From Eledone cirrhosa (taxonomy: Eukaryota): a DNA stretch of 64,000 bases. Positions 49,135 to 62,300 of the stretch are shown here, piece by piece. The stretch lies in contig OZ024741.1 of assembly GCA_964016885.1 (NCBI GenBank), forward strand, positions 410,998,001 through 411,062,000, read 5' to 3'. The position numbers and the translations under genes are program-made. A model generated the notes under the pieces. That model had not been told where the DNA came from, did no database searches, and saw only the letters and a program-made list of their open reading frames with translations. The stretch's first letter is position 1, and each line of letters begins with the position of its first letter.

Positions 49135-52100
49135 TCATCACCGTTTTACGTCCGTTCTTCCACACTAGCATGGGTTAGACGGGTTGTCCTGTTGTGGGCA
49201 GTGTCCAGTCGGCTGACCTTGTCTTGCTCTTCCGGGAACTGATTCTGGCTTGATTTCTACAGCTGGATGCCCTTCCTAACACCAAGCTCATTTACAGTGA
49301 GTGTTGGGTGCTTTTTTTCCATGGCTCCTACACGTCCACTTTACAGTGTGGGCTGGGTGCTTTTTTGCCGTGGCACCTCCACAGCCACTTTGCAGTGGGA
49401 GGGTGTCAGGACATATTGTCTATATGCTTCAGCTTCGGCTTGTTCTTGTGGGAGGGGTCGGGTCTTCTGTATTTCTGTGTGACGCCAGAGGTCATGGTCG
49501 TGTGTCATTGCTCTTGAGAGGTGCAATTGGGTAAGGTCGGCCTTTATCACCTCATCCCAGGTCTTGGGTCTCCCCACTCCGCGGTTTCCATTGACTTCTA
49601 GTGCTCTGCACCTTTTTATGCAGCTGTCATCCTTCATACGCATCACATGTCCATACCAGCATAACCTCCTCTCCTGCACACAGCATTTGATTCCTCTGAT
49701 GCTCAGTCTCTCTCTCAATTCGTTTATACTTTGCTGTTTGCGTATAATAGTATTACACATCCATTGGAGCATGCAGGCTTCGTTTCTTTCTAATTTGCGC
49801 AAGTCTTCTACAGACAGCGCCCAGGTTTCACTTCAATGTAACATTGCTGTTCGTATACACGCATCATACAGTCTGCCTTTCATTTTGAAGGAAAAGCCTT
49901 TTGCAGCTAGCAGTGGCAGTAGCTCCCTGAACGTCTTCCATCCCGTTCTTACCCTAGCTGTTGTACTTTCCGAACACCCACCTCTGCTGCTAATTCAGTC
50001 ACCTAGGTAGCAGAAGCTGTCTCCTGATTCTACAGAGCCCTCCCAGAGTTTGGTGGTTCTTGTCTCCTGTGGTCGTTTGATGCTTGCTGTCCCAGCGCAG
50101 CTGCTGCATGTGAAGCCTACATTCTTAGTTAAACTTCCTGAGATCCCACTACATTTCTTGTGTACCCACCCATTGTTTGCATTTGGGGCAGAGGATGGAG
50201 TTCCTACCTACACCTTTCCTATATACTGAGCAAGGCCATTTCCCTGAGGGGATCTGGGTTCTGTTTTCTCGTCTACTTATGAGGACCTTAGTCTTCGTCA
50301 GGTTAACTTTGAGACACTTTCTTTCTAGTCCTTGCTTCCATGTTAGGAATTTCTTCTCTAGTTCCACCATGAATTCAGCTATAAGTGCGAGATCATCCGC
50401 ATACAGGAGTTCCCATGGGCATCCGGTCTTAAACTCCTCCATTATTGCCTGCAAAAATATAATGATCAGGAGAGGGCTAAGAACAGAGCCCTGGTGGACA
50501 CCAACCTGTATGCTAAATTCCTCGCTATACTCATTGCTGACTGCTCCCCTATACATGGCTTGTACAGCTTTCACAAACCATTCATCTACTCCTAATTTTC
50601 TAAGAGCCGACCAGATTATAGAACGGGGGACTCTGTTGAAGGCTTTTTATAGATCAACAAATGCCAGGTAGAGTGGCTTACTTTTAGCTAGGTACTTTTC
50701 CTGTAACTGCCTCACAAGGAAGAGGGCATCAGTGGTGCCTCTTCCTGGCACAAACCCAAATTGCATCTCGTCTATATTCACCCGGTCCCTAATCAGCTGT
50801 GCTATAACTCTTTGTTACTTTCATGACCTGGTCCATCAGCTTTATACCTCTATAGTTTCCTCTATCTAGTGCATCACCTTTACCTTTGTAGCAGTTGACA
50901 ATGATGCTGCTGCCCCAATCCTTTGGTATGATACCCTCTAATATTACCTGGTTAACAATACGTGTGGTTATAGTGTGACCTATCGACCCAGATGCCTTCA
51001 GCATCTCGGCAGATATACCCGATGGACCGGTTGCCTTCCCTGTCTTCATATCTTTGATTGCCTTACTTACTACGCTGCTGCTGACTTGTACTGCTGGCCC
51101 CTCTATAGGGTCTACTTGGGGTAGGGTCTCTTCTTCCCATGCATTCTCCTCATTTAGTAATCTATCATAATGGCTCTTCCACGCATCTTTCTTCTCAGCA
51201 CTTGTGGGGGCAAGCTCACCTTTATCATTCCGGATACACTTCTCTCCAATGACATCACAATTCTCTCTGACACATTGCCTCGCAATCTTGAACACCTCCT
51301 GTTTCTGGTCCTCACGTTGCAAAACATGCTTGAATTTTCTATCCTCTGCTTCCCTCCTGGTCTCTATGTAATGTACCCTGCTTTCCCCGTTCTTCCATTC
51401 TTTCCATGTCTGTCTCTTAGTCTTAACTGCCTCATCTACCTTATTGTTCCACCACCAAGTCACTCTCCTCCTCCCTGTGGTCTTGCTCCAACCACAGATC
51501 TCGTCCGTTGCCTTTAGTAAGTTATTTTTTAGGAACTCCCAGTGCTCTTCTACATTGAATGTCTCTATCTGTTCTTCTTTACTGTCATAGGCGTTAAGTA
51601 GAATATCTTTAAACCTGTTACTGACTGAGGGGGTCTTTCAGCTTCCAGATCTTTCTTCTCCAGGTTGGCCTCTGTTTCCAAGTTCGTCTAGTTCTGACCG
51701 TGAGGTCGCTGACAACTAAGCTATGTTGGGAGGTACATTCCTCACCAGGGAAGGCTTTTGTGTTTACGACCGTCCATCTATCACGTCCTCTGATAAGGAT
51801 AAAATCTATCTGACTAGAATGCTCCCCTGGTCTATAGGTGATCAGATGGTTTTTTGAAGTTTGTGTTACATATCGACATGTCATTGGCGTTGCAGAATTC
51901 CTGAAGCCTTCTTCATTTCTTGTGCCAACCCCGTGGCCTCCATGGACTCTATAGAAGCTGTCACGGTGTTTACCAACGTGTCCATTGAAATCTCCTGCAA
52001 TGATTAGGCAGTCATTGTCGCTTGTTAGAGCAGTAGTGTGCATTAGGGACTTGTAAAATATATCCTTAAGTTCGTCTGGCAACCCCGATTGGGGTGCGTA

Positions 52101-52590
52101 AGCTGATATTATTATGGTAATTGTTTTATTCAGGACTTGTCTGAGTTTGATGATTCTTGCATTCACCCTGTTCACTGAGATTACCTTATCTACCCATTTG
52201 TCAGCTAATAGTATACCTACCCCTCCCATCCCGTTGTCATTTCCCACCCAGAAAAAATAGTAGCATTAACTTTTGCCTACGAGGACTCTAGCAGACTCTC
52301 CTCTCCATCTAGTCTCTTGCACACAGAATACAGCAATTTCCTTTCGCTCTAACATCTCTACAATTTCTCCTGCTCTTCCTTTCATTGTTTACATTGATGG
52401 TTCCAACTCTGAGTTTTGGGCATTTGCCATCACTCATAGGATGGGGTGAATTTTTGCAGGGGGAGGTGTATGCAACCTGTCTCTGGATTGAAGCTTTGCA
52501 TGGGCATTTGGTAGCTTGCGGATTCATATTCATTTATTAATTCGGGGTTGTTCCATTTATCCTCAGCTCATCCATAGATAGCAGTAAGGA
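49131..52590 (-). mobile_element. near full-length, decayed RTE LINE inserted in a (TA)n microsatellite
   Basis: EN motifs LRVGTINV, GVGILL, SAYAPQ, AGDFNGHVG, SQIDFIL. RT motifs NYRGIKL, GVHQGSVLSPLL, LLYADD, split across several frames. (TA)n on both sides. Confidence 0.92.
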
Positions 52591-52898
52591 TTATATATAT
52601 ATAAAGAGTTATATATATATATAAAGAGAGAGAGAGAAGATAGATCTAACTATGTAGATAGGTGGATGTGTATGTTTCAACAAAACATCTAACTGATAAT
52701 TTCCTAAACGTCAACAGTGACATTCATTTATGTCCTGCAGCCGTTTCACAAACATTCATAACTGATAACTTTGATAGGTTTCGGCCAGTAATGGCCCAGG
52801 CCATGTATAACTTAATAGCACCACCTGGCTATATATACTGTATAATAGAATATAAAAATGTATAAATTAGTAACAGGAAGAGCATCTGGCCATAAAAA

Positions 52899-53185
52899 TG
52901 ATGATGGTGATGATAGTAGTAGTAATGGTGGTGGTGATGGTGATGGTGGTGGTGGTGATGAGTGATGGTGGTGATGGTGGTGGTGGTGGTGATGAGTGAT
53001 GGTGGTGATAGTGATGGTGGTGATGATAGTGATGGTGGTGATGATAGTGATGGTGGTGCTGATGATGATAGTAGTAGTAGTAATAGTGGTGGTGATGATA
53101 GTGATCGTGGTGATGGAGATGATGGTGCTGATGATGATAATAATGGCGGTGGTGACAGTGTTGATGCTGCTGGTAATAATGGTAA
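52899..53185. repeat. (GGT/GAT)n cryptic microsatellite
   Basis: Degenerate GGT/GAT/AGT triplets just inside the intron. Confidence 0.9.
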
Positions 53186-53217
53186 AAGTAAAATAATAAA
53201 ATGAAGAGAAATATTAC

Positions 53218-53355
53218 CTGGCCAGCCTCATTAGTGCAATACCTTCCACATCACCAACACTGTGAGCTTTCCAGTAACATTTCTTAGCTTCTTGAAGACG
53301 TTCTAACTTGTCATAGCCATCACCAAGGGCAACCAGCATACGGGAATCATTGGGC
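53218..53355 (-). CDS. CDC23: CDC23/APC8 internal coding exon (TPR region)
   Basis: TTCTAG|G CCC AAT...GCC AG|GTAATA. 138 nt = (R)PNDSRMLVALGDGYDKLERLQEAKKCYWKAHSVGDVEGIALMRLA(R), closely matching CDC23 RPNDSRMLVALGECYEKLNQLVEAKKCYWRAYAVGDVE. Confidence 0.96.
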
Positions 53356-53397
53356 CTAGAATAAGAAATCAGCTTTCAGAATAAATACTAACACTTT

Positions 53398-56300
53398 TTA
53401 ACCCATTCATTACCATATTTCTAATGTAAGACACTGTCTATGTTGTTTAACCCTTTCATTACCATATTTCTAATGTAAGACACTGTCTATGTTGTTTAAC
53501 CCTTTCATTACCATATTTCTAATGTAAGAAACTGTCTATGTTGTTTAACCCTTTCATTACCATATTTCTAATGTAAGACACTGTCTATGTTGTTTAACCC
53601 TTCCATTACCATATTTCTAATGTAAGACACTGTCTATGTTGTTTAACCCTTTCATTACCATATTTGTAATGTAAGACACTGATTATGTTGTTTAACCCTT
53701 TCATTACCATATTTCTAATGTAAGACACTGTCTATGTTGTTTAACCCTTCCATTACCATATTTCTAATGTAAGACACTGTCTATTTTGTTTAACCCTTTC
53801 ATTACTATATTTCTAATGTAAGACACTGTCTATGTTGTTTAATCCTTTCATTACCAAATTTCTAATGAAAGACACTGTCTATGTTGTTTAACCCTTTCAT
53901 TACCATATTTCTAATGAAAGACACTGTCTATGTTGTTTAACCCTTCCATTACCATATTTCTAATGTAAGACACTGTCTATGTTGTTTAACCCTTTCATTA
54001 CCATATTTCTAATGAAAAACACTGTCTATGTTGTTTAACCCTTTCATTACCATATTTCTAATGTAACACACTGTCTATGTTATTTAACCCTTTCATTACC
54101 ATATTTCTAATGTAAGACACTGTCTATGTTGTTTAACCCTTTCATTACCATATTTCTAATGTAAGACACTGTCTATGTTGTTTAACCGTTCCATTACCAT
54201 ATTTCTAATGTAAGACACTGTCTATGTTGTTTAACCCTTTCATTACTATATTTCTAATGTAAGACACTGACTATGTGGTTTAACCCTTTCATTAACATAT
54301 TTCTAATGAAAGACACTGTCTATAATGTTTAACACTTTCATTACTATATTTCTAATGTAAGATACTGTGTATGTTGTTTAACCCTTTCATTACTATATTT
54401 CTAATGTAAGACACTGTCTATGTTGTTTAACCCTTTCATTAACATATTTCTAATGTAAGACACTGTCTATGTTGTTTAACCCTTTCATTACCATATTTCT
54501 AATGTAAGACACTGCCTATGTTGTTTAACACTTTCATTACCATATTTCTAATGTAAGACACTGTCTATGTTGTTTAACCCTTCCATTACCATATTTCTAA
54601 TGTAAGACACTGTCTATGTTGTTTAACCCTTTCATTACCATATTTCTAATGAAAGACACTGTCTATGTTGTTTAACCCTTTCACTACCATATTTCTAATG
54701 TAAGACACTGTCTATTTTGTTTAACCCTTCCATTACTATATTTCTAATGTAAGACAGTGTCTATATATTTAACCCTTTCATTACCATATTTATAATGAAA
54801 GACTGTCTATGTTGTTTAACCCTTTCATTAGCATATTTCTAATGTAAACACTGTCTATGTTGTTTAACCCTTTCATTACTATATTTCTAATGTAAGACAC
54901 TGTCTATGTTGTTTAATCCTTTCATTACCATATTTCTAATGAAAGACACTGTCTATGTTGTTTAACACTTTCATTACTATATTTCTAATGTAAGATACTG
55001 TCTATGTTGTTTAACCCTTTCATTACTATATTTCTAATGTAAGACACTGTCTCTGTTGTTTAACCCTTTCATTACCATATTTCTAATGTAAGACACTGTC
55101 TATGTTGTTTAACCCTTTCATTACCATATTACTTATGTAAGACACTGTCTATGTTGTTTAACCCTTCCATTACCATATTTCTAATGTAAGACACTGTCTA
55201 TGTTGTTTAACCCTTTCATTACCATATTACTTATGTAAGACACTGTCTATGTTGTTTAACCCTTCCATTACCATATTTCTAATGTAAGACACTGTCTATG
55301 TTGTTTAACCCTTCCATTACCATATTTCTAATGTAAGACACTGTCTATGTTGTTTAACCCTTTCATTACCATATTTCTAATGTAAGACACTGTCTATGTT
55401 GTTTAACCCTTTCATTACCATATTTCTAATGTAAGACACTGTCTATGTTGTTTAACCCTTCCATTACCATATTTCTAATGTAAGACACTGTCTATGTTGT
55501 TTAACCCTTTCATTACTATATTTCTAATGTAAGACACTGACTATGTGGTTTAACCCTTTCATTACCATATTTCTAATGAAAGACACTGTCTATAATGTTT
55601 AACCCTTTCATTACCATATTTCTAATGAAAGACACTGTCTATGTTGTTTAACCCTTTCATTACCATATTTCTAATGAAACACACTGTCTATGTTGTTTAA
55701 CCCTTTCATTACCATATTTCTAATGAAAAACACTGTCTATGTTGTTTAACCCTTTCATTATCATATTTCTAATGTAAGACACTGTCTATGTTGTTTAACC
55801 CTTTCATTACCATATTTCTAATGTAAGACACTGTCTATGTTGTTTAACCCTTTCATTACCATATTTCTAATGTAAGACACTGTCTATGTTGTTTAACCCT
55901 TTAATTACTATATTTCTAATGTAAGACACTGTCTATGTTGTTTAACCCTTTCATTACCATATTTCTAATGAAAGACACTGTCTATGTTGTTTAACCCTTT
56001 CATTACCATATTTCTAATGTAAGACACTGTCTATGTTGTTTAACCCTTCCATTACTATATTTCTAATGTAAGACACTGTCTATGTTGTTTAACCCTTTCA
56101 TTACCATATTTCTAATGAAAAACACTGTCTATGTTGTTTAACCCTTTCATTACCATATTTCTAATGAAAGACTCTGTCTATGTTGTTTAACCCTTTCACT
56201 ACCATATTTCTAATGTAAGACACTGTCTATTTTGTTTAACCCTTCCATTACTATATTTCTAATGTAAGACAGTGTCTATATATTTAACCCTTTCATTACC

Positions 56301-59300
56301 ATATTTATAATGAAAGACACTGTCTATGTTGTTTAACCCTTTCATTAGCATATTTCTAATGTAAACACTGTCTATGTTGTTTAACCCTTTCATTACTATA
56401 TTTCTAATGTAAGACACTGTCTATGTTGTTTAATCCTTTCATTACCATATTTCTAATGAAAGACACTGTCTATGTTGTTTAACACTTTCATTACTATATT
56501 TCTAATGTAAGATACTGTCTATGTTGTTTAACCCTTTCATTACTATATTTCTAATGTAAGACACTGTCTCTGTTGTTTAACCCTTTCATTACCATATTTC
56601 TAATGTAAGACACTGTCTATGTTGTTTAACCCTTTCATTACCATATTACTTATGTAAGACACTGTCTATGTTGTTTAACCCTTCCATTACCATATTTCTA
56701 ATGTAAGACACTGTCTATGTTGTTTAACCCTTTCATTACCATATTACTTATGTAAGACACTGTCTATGTTGTTTAACCCTTCCATTACCATATTTCTAAT
56801 GTAAGACACTGTCTATGTTGTTTAACCCTTCCATTACCATATTTCTAATGTAAGACACTGTCTATGTTGTTTAACCCTTTCATTACCATATTTGTAATGT
56901 AAGACACTGTCTATGTTGTTTAACCCTTTCATTACCATATTTCTAATGTAAGACACTGTCTATGTTGTTTAACCCTTTCATTACCATATTTCTAATGTAA
57001 GACACTGTCTATGTTGTTTAACCCTTTCATTACCATATTTCTAATGTAAGACACTGTCTATGTTGTTTAACCCTTTCATTACCATATTTCTAATGTAAGA
57101 CACTGTCTATGTTGTTTAACCCTTCCATTACCATATTTCTAATGTAAGACACTGTCTATGTTGTTTAACCCTTTCATTACTATATTTCTAATGTAAGACA
57201 CTGACTATGTGGTTTAACCCTTTCATTACCATATTTCTAATGAAAGACACTGTCTATAATGTTTAACCCTTTCATTACCATATTTCTAATGAAAGACACT
57301 GTCTATGTTGTTTAACCCTTTCATTACCATATTTCTAATGAAACACACTGTCTATGTTGTTTAACCCTTTCATTACCATATTTCTAATGAAAAACACTGT
57401 CTATGTTGTTTAACCCTTTCATTACCATATTTCTAATGTAAGACACTGTCTATGTTGTTTAACCCTTTCATTACCATATTTCTAATGTAAGACACTGTCT
57501 ATGTTGTTTAACCCTTTCATTACCATATTTCTAATGTAAGACACTGTCTATGTTGTTTAACCCTTTCATTACCATATTTCTAATGAAAGACACTGTCTAT
57601 GTTGTTTAACCCTTCCATTACCATATTTCTAATGTTAGACACTGTCTATGTTGTTTAACCCTTTCATTACCATATTTCTAATGAAAAACACTGTCTATGT
57701 TGTTTAACCCTTTCATTACCATATTTCTAATGTAACACACTGTCTATGTTGTTTAACCCTTTCATTGCCATATTTCTAATGTAAGACACTGTCTATGTTG
57801 TTTAACCCTTTCATTACCATATTTCTAATGTAAGACACTGTCTATGTTGTTTAACCCTTCCATTACCATATTTCTAATGTAAGACACTGTCTATGTTGTT
57901 TAACCCTTTCATTACTATATTTCTAATGTAAGACACTGACTATGTGGTTTAACCCTTTCATTAACATATTTCTAATGAAAGACACTGTCTATAATGTTTA
58001 ACACTTTCATTACTATATTTCTAATGTAAGATACTGTCTATGTTGTTTAACCCTTTCATTACTATATTTCTAATGTAAGACACTGTCTATGTTGTTTAAC
58101 CCTTTCCTTACCATATTTCTAATGTAAGACACTGTCTATGTTGTTTAACCCTTTCATTACCATATTTCTAATGTAAGACACTGCCTATGTTGTTTAACAC
58201 TTTCATTACCATATTTCTAATGTAAGACAATGTCTATGTTGTTTAACCCTTCCATTACCATATTTCTAATGTAAGACACTGTCTATGTTGTTTAACCCTT
58301 TCATTACTATATTTCTAATGTAAGACACTGTCTATGTTGTTTAATCCTTTCATTACCATATTTCTAATGAAAGACACTGTCTATGTTGTTTAACCCTTTC
58401 ATTACCATATTTCTAATGTAAGACACTGTCTATGTTGTTTAACCCTTTAATTACTATATTTCTAATGTAAGACACTGTCTATGTTGTTTAACCCTTTCAT
58501 TAACATATTTCTAATGTAAGACACTGTCTATGTTGTTTAACCCTTTCATTACCATATTTCTAATGTAAGACACTGCCTATGTTGTTTAACACTTTCATTA
58601 CCATATTTCTAATGTAAGACACTGTCTATGTTGTTTAACCCTTCCATTACCATATTTCTAATGTAAGACACTGTCTATGTTGTTTAACCCTTTCATTACT
58701 ATATTTCTAATGTAAGACACTGTCTATGTTGTTTAATCCTTTCATTACCATATTTCTAATGAAATACACTGTCTATGTTGTTTAACCCTTTCATTACCAT
58801 ATTTCTAATGTAAGACACTGTCTATGTTGTTTAACCCTTTAATTACTATATTTCTAATGTAAGACACTGTCTATGTTGTTTAACCCTTTCATTACCATAT
58901 TTCTAATGAAAGACACTGTCTATGTTGTTTAACCCTTTCATTACCATATTTCTAATGTAAGACACTGTCTATGTTGTTTAACCCTTCCATTACTATATTT
59001 CTAATGTAAGACACTGTCTATGTTGTTTAACCCTTTCATTACCATATTTCTAATGAAAAACACTGTCTATGTTGTTTAACCCTTTCATTACCATATTTCT
59101 AATGAAAGACTCTGTCTATGTTGTTTAACCCTTTCACTACCATATTTCTAATGTAAGACACTGTCTATTTTGTTTAACCCTTCCATTACTATATTTCTAA
59201 TGTAAGACACTGTCTATGTTGTTTAACCCTTACATTACCATATTTCTAATGAAAGACACTGTCTATGTTGTTTAACCCGTTCAATACCATATTTCTAATG

Positions 59301-62300
59301 AAAGACACTGTCTATGTTGTTAAACCCTTTCATTACTATATTTCTAATGTAAGACACTGTCTATGTTGTTTAACCCTTTCATTACCATATTTCTAATGTA
59401 AGACACTGTCTATTTTGTTTAACCCTTCCATTACTATATTTCTAATGTAAGACACTGTCTATGTTGTTTAACCCTTACATTACCATATTTCTAATGAAAG
59501 ACACTGTCTATGTTGTTTAACCCTTTCAATACCATATTTCTAATGAAAGACACTGTCTATGTTGTTTAACCCTTTCAATACCATATTTCTAATGAAAGAC
59601 ACTGTCTATGTTGTTTAACCCTTTCAATACCTTATTTCTAATGAAAGACACTGTCTATGTTGTTTAACCCTTTCATTACCATATTTCTAATGTAAGACAC
59701 AGTCTATGTTGTTTAACCCTTTCATTACCATATTTCTAATGAAAGACACTGTCTATGTTGTTTAACCCTTTCATTACCATATTACTTATGTAAGACACTG
59801 TCTATGTTATTTAACCCTTTCATTACCATATTTCTAATGTAAGACACTGTCTATGTTGTTTAACCCTTTCATTACCATATTTCTAATGTAAGACACTGTC
59901 TATGTTGTTTAACCCTTTCATTACCATATTTCTAATGTAAGACACTGTCTATGTTGTTTAACCCTTTCATTACCATATTTCTAATGTAAGACACTGTCTA
60001 TGTTGTTTAACCCTTTCATTACCATATTTCTAATGAAAGACACTGTCTATGTTGTTTAACCGTTTCATTAACATATTTCTAATGTAAGACACTGTCTATG
60101 TTCTTTAACCCTTTCAATACCATATTTCTAATGTAAGACACTGTCTATGTTGTTTAACCCTTTCATTACCATATTTCTAATGTAAGACACTGTCTATGTT
60201 GTTTAACCCTTTCATTACCATATTTCTAATGTAAGACACTGTCTATGTTGTTTAACCCTTCCATTACCATATTTCTAATGTAAGACACTGTCTATGTTGT
60301 TTAACCCTTTCATTACCATATTTCTAATGAAAGACACTGTCTATGTTGTTTAACCCTTCCATTACCATATTTCTAATGTAAGACACTGTCTATGTTGTTT
60401 AACCCTTTCACTACCATATTTCTAATGTAAGACACTGTCTATGTTGTTTAACCCTTTCATTACCATATTTCTAATGTAAGACACTGTCTATGTTGTTTAA
60501 CCCTTTCAATACCATATTTCTAATGTAAGACACTGTCTATGTTGTTTAACCCTTTCATTACCATATTTCTAATGTAAGACACTGTCTATGTTGTTTAACC
60601 CTTTCATTACCATATTTCTAATGTAAGACACTGTCTATGTTGTTTAACCCTTTCATTACTATATTTCTAATGTAAGACACTGTCTATGTTGTTTAATCCT
60701 TTCATTACCATATTTCTAATGAAAGACACTGTCTATGTTGTTTAACCCTTTCATTACCATATTTCTAATGAAAGACACTGTCTATGTTGTTTAACCCTTT
60801 CAATACCATATTTCTAATGTAAGACACTGTCTATGTTGTTTAACCCTTTCATTACCATATTTCTAATGTAAGACACTGTCTATGTTGTTTAACCCTTTCA
60901 TTACCATATTTCTAATGTAAGACACTGTCTATGTTGTTTAACCCTTTCATTACTATATTTCTAATGTAAGACACTGTCTATGTTGTTTAATCCTTTCATT
61001 ACCATATTTCTAATGAAAGACACTGTCTATGTTGTTTAACCCTTTCATTACCATATTTCTAATGTAAGACACTGTCTATGTTCTTTAACCCTTTCAATAC
61101 CATATTTCTAATGTAAGACACTGTCTATGTTGTTTAACCCTTTCGTTACCATATTTCTAATGTAAGACACTGTCTATGTTGTTTAACCCTTTCATTACCA
61201 TATTTCTAATGTAAGACACTGTCTATGTTGTTTAACCCTTCCATTACCATATTTCTAATGTAAGACACTGTCTATGTTGTTTAACCCTTTCATTACCATA
61301 TTTCTAATGAAAGACACTGTCTATGTTGTTTAACCCTTCCATTACCATATTTCTAATGTAAGACACTGTCTATGTTGTTTAACCCTTCCATTACCATATT
61401 TCTAATGTAAGACACTGTCTATGTTTTTTAACCCTTTCATTACCATATTTCTAATGTAAGACACTGTCTATGTTGTTTAACCCTTTCAATACCATATTTC
61501 TAATGAAAGACACTGTCTATGTTGTTTAACCCTTTCATTACCATATTTCTAATGTAAGACACTGTCTATGTTGTTTAACCCTTACATTACCATATTTCTA
61601 ATGAAAGACACTTTCTATGTTCTTTAACCCTTTCAATACCATATTTCTAATGAAAGACACTGTCTGTCGTTTAACCCTTTCATTACCATATTTCTAATGA
61701 AAGACACTGTCAATGTTGTTTAACCCTTTCATTACTATATTTCTAATGTAAGACACTGTCTATGTTGTTTAACCCTTACATTACCATATTTCTAATGAAA
61801 GACACTTTCTATGTTCTTTAACCCTTTCAATACTATATTTCTAATGAAAGACACTGTCTATGTCGTTTAACCCTTTCATTACCATATTTCTAATGAAAGA
61901 CACTGTCTATGTTGTTTAACCCTTTCATTACCATATTTCTAATGTAAGACACTGTCTATGTTGTTTAACCCTTTCATTACCATATTTCTAATGAAAGACA
62001 CTGTCTATGTTGTTTAACCCTTCCATTACCATATTTCTAATGTAAGACACTGTCTATGTTGTTTAACCCTTTCATTACCATATTTCTAACGTAAGACACT
62101 GTCTATGTTGTTTAACCCTTTCATTACCATATTTCTAATGTAAGACACTGTCTATGTTGTTTAACCCTTCCATTAATATATTTCTAATGTAAGACACTGT
62201 CTATGTTGTTTAACCCTTTCATTACCATATTTCTAATGTAAGACACTGTCTATGTTGTTTAACCCTTACATTACCATATTTCTAATGAAAGACACTGTCT

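Noticed and set aside
27277-50671. Many short + strand ORFs overlapping the LINEs
   Set aside because: Antisense shadows of LINE coding regions with no recognisable motifs.
52962-53204. Asp/Gly-rich and Met/Val-rich ORFs
   Set aside because: Translations of a (GGT/GAT)n microsatellite.
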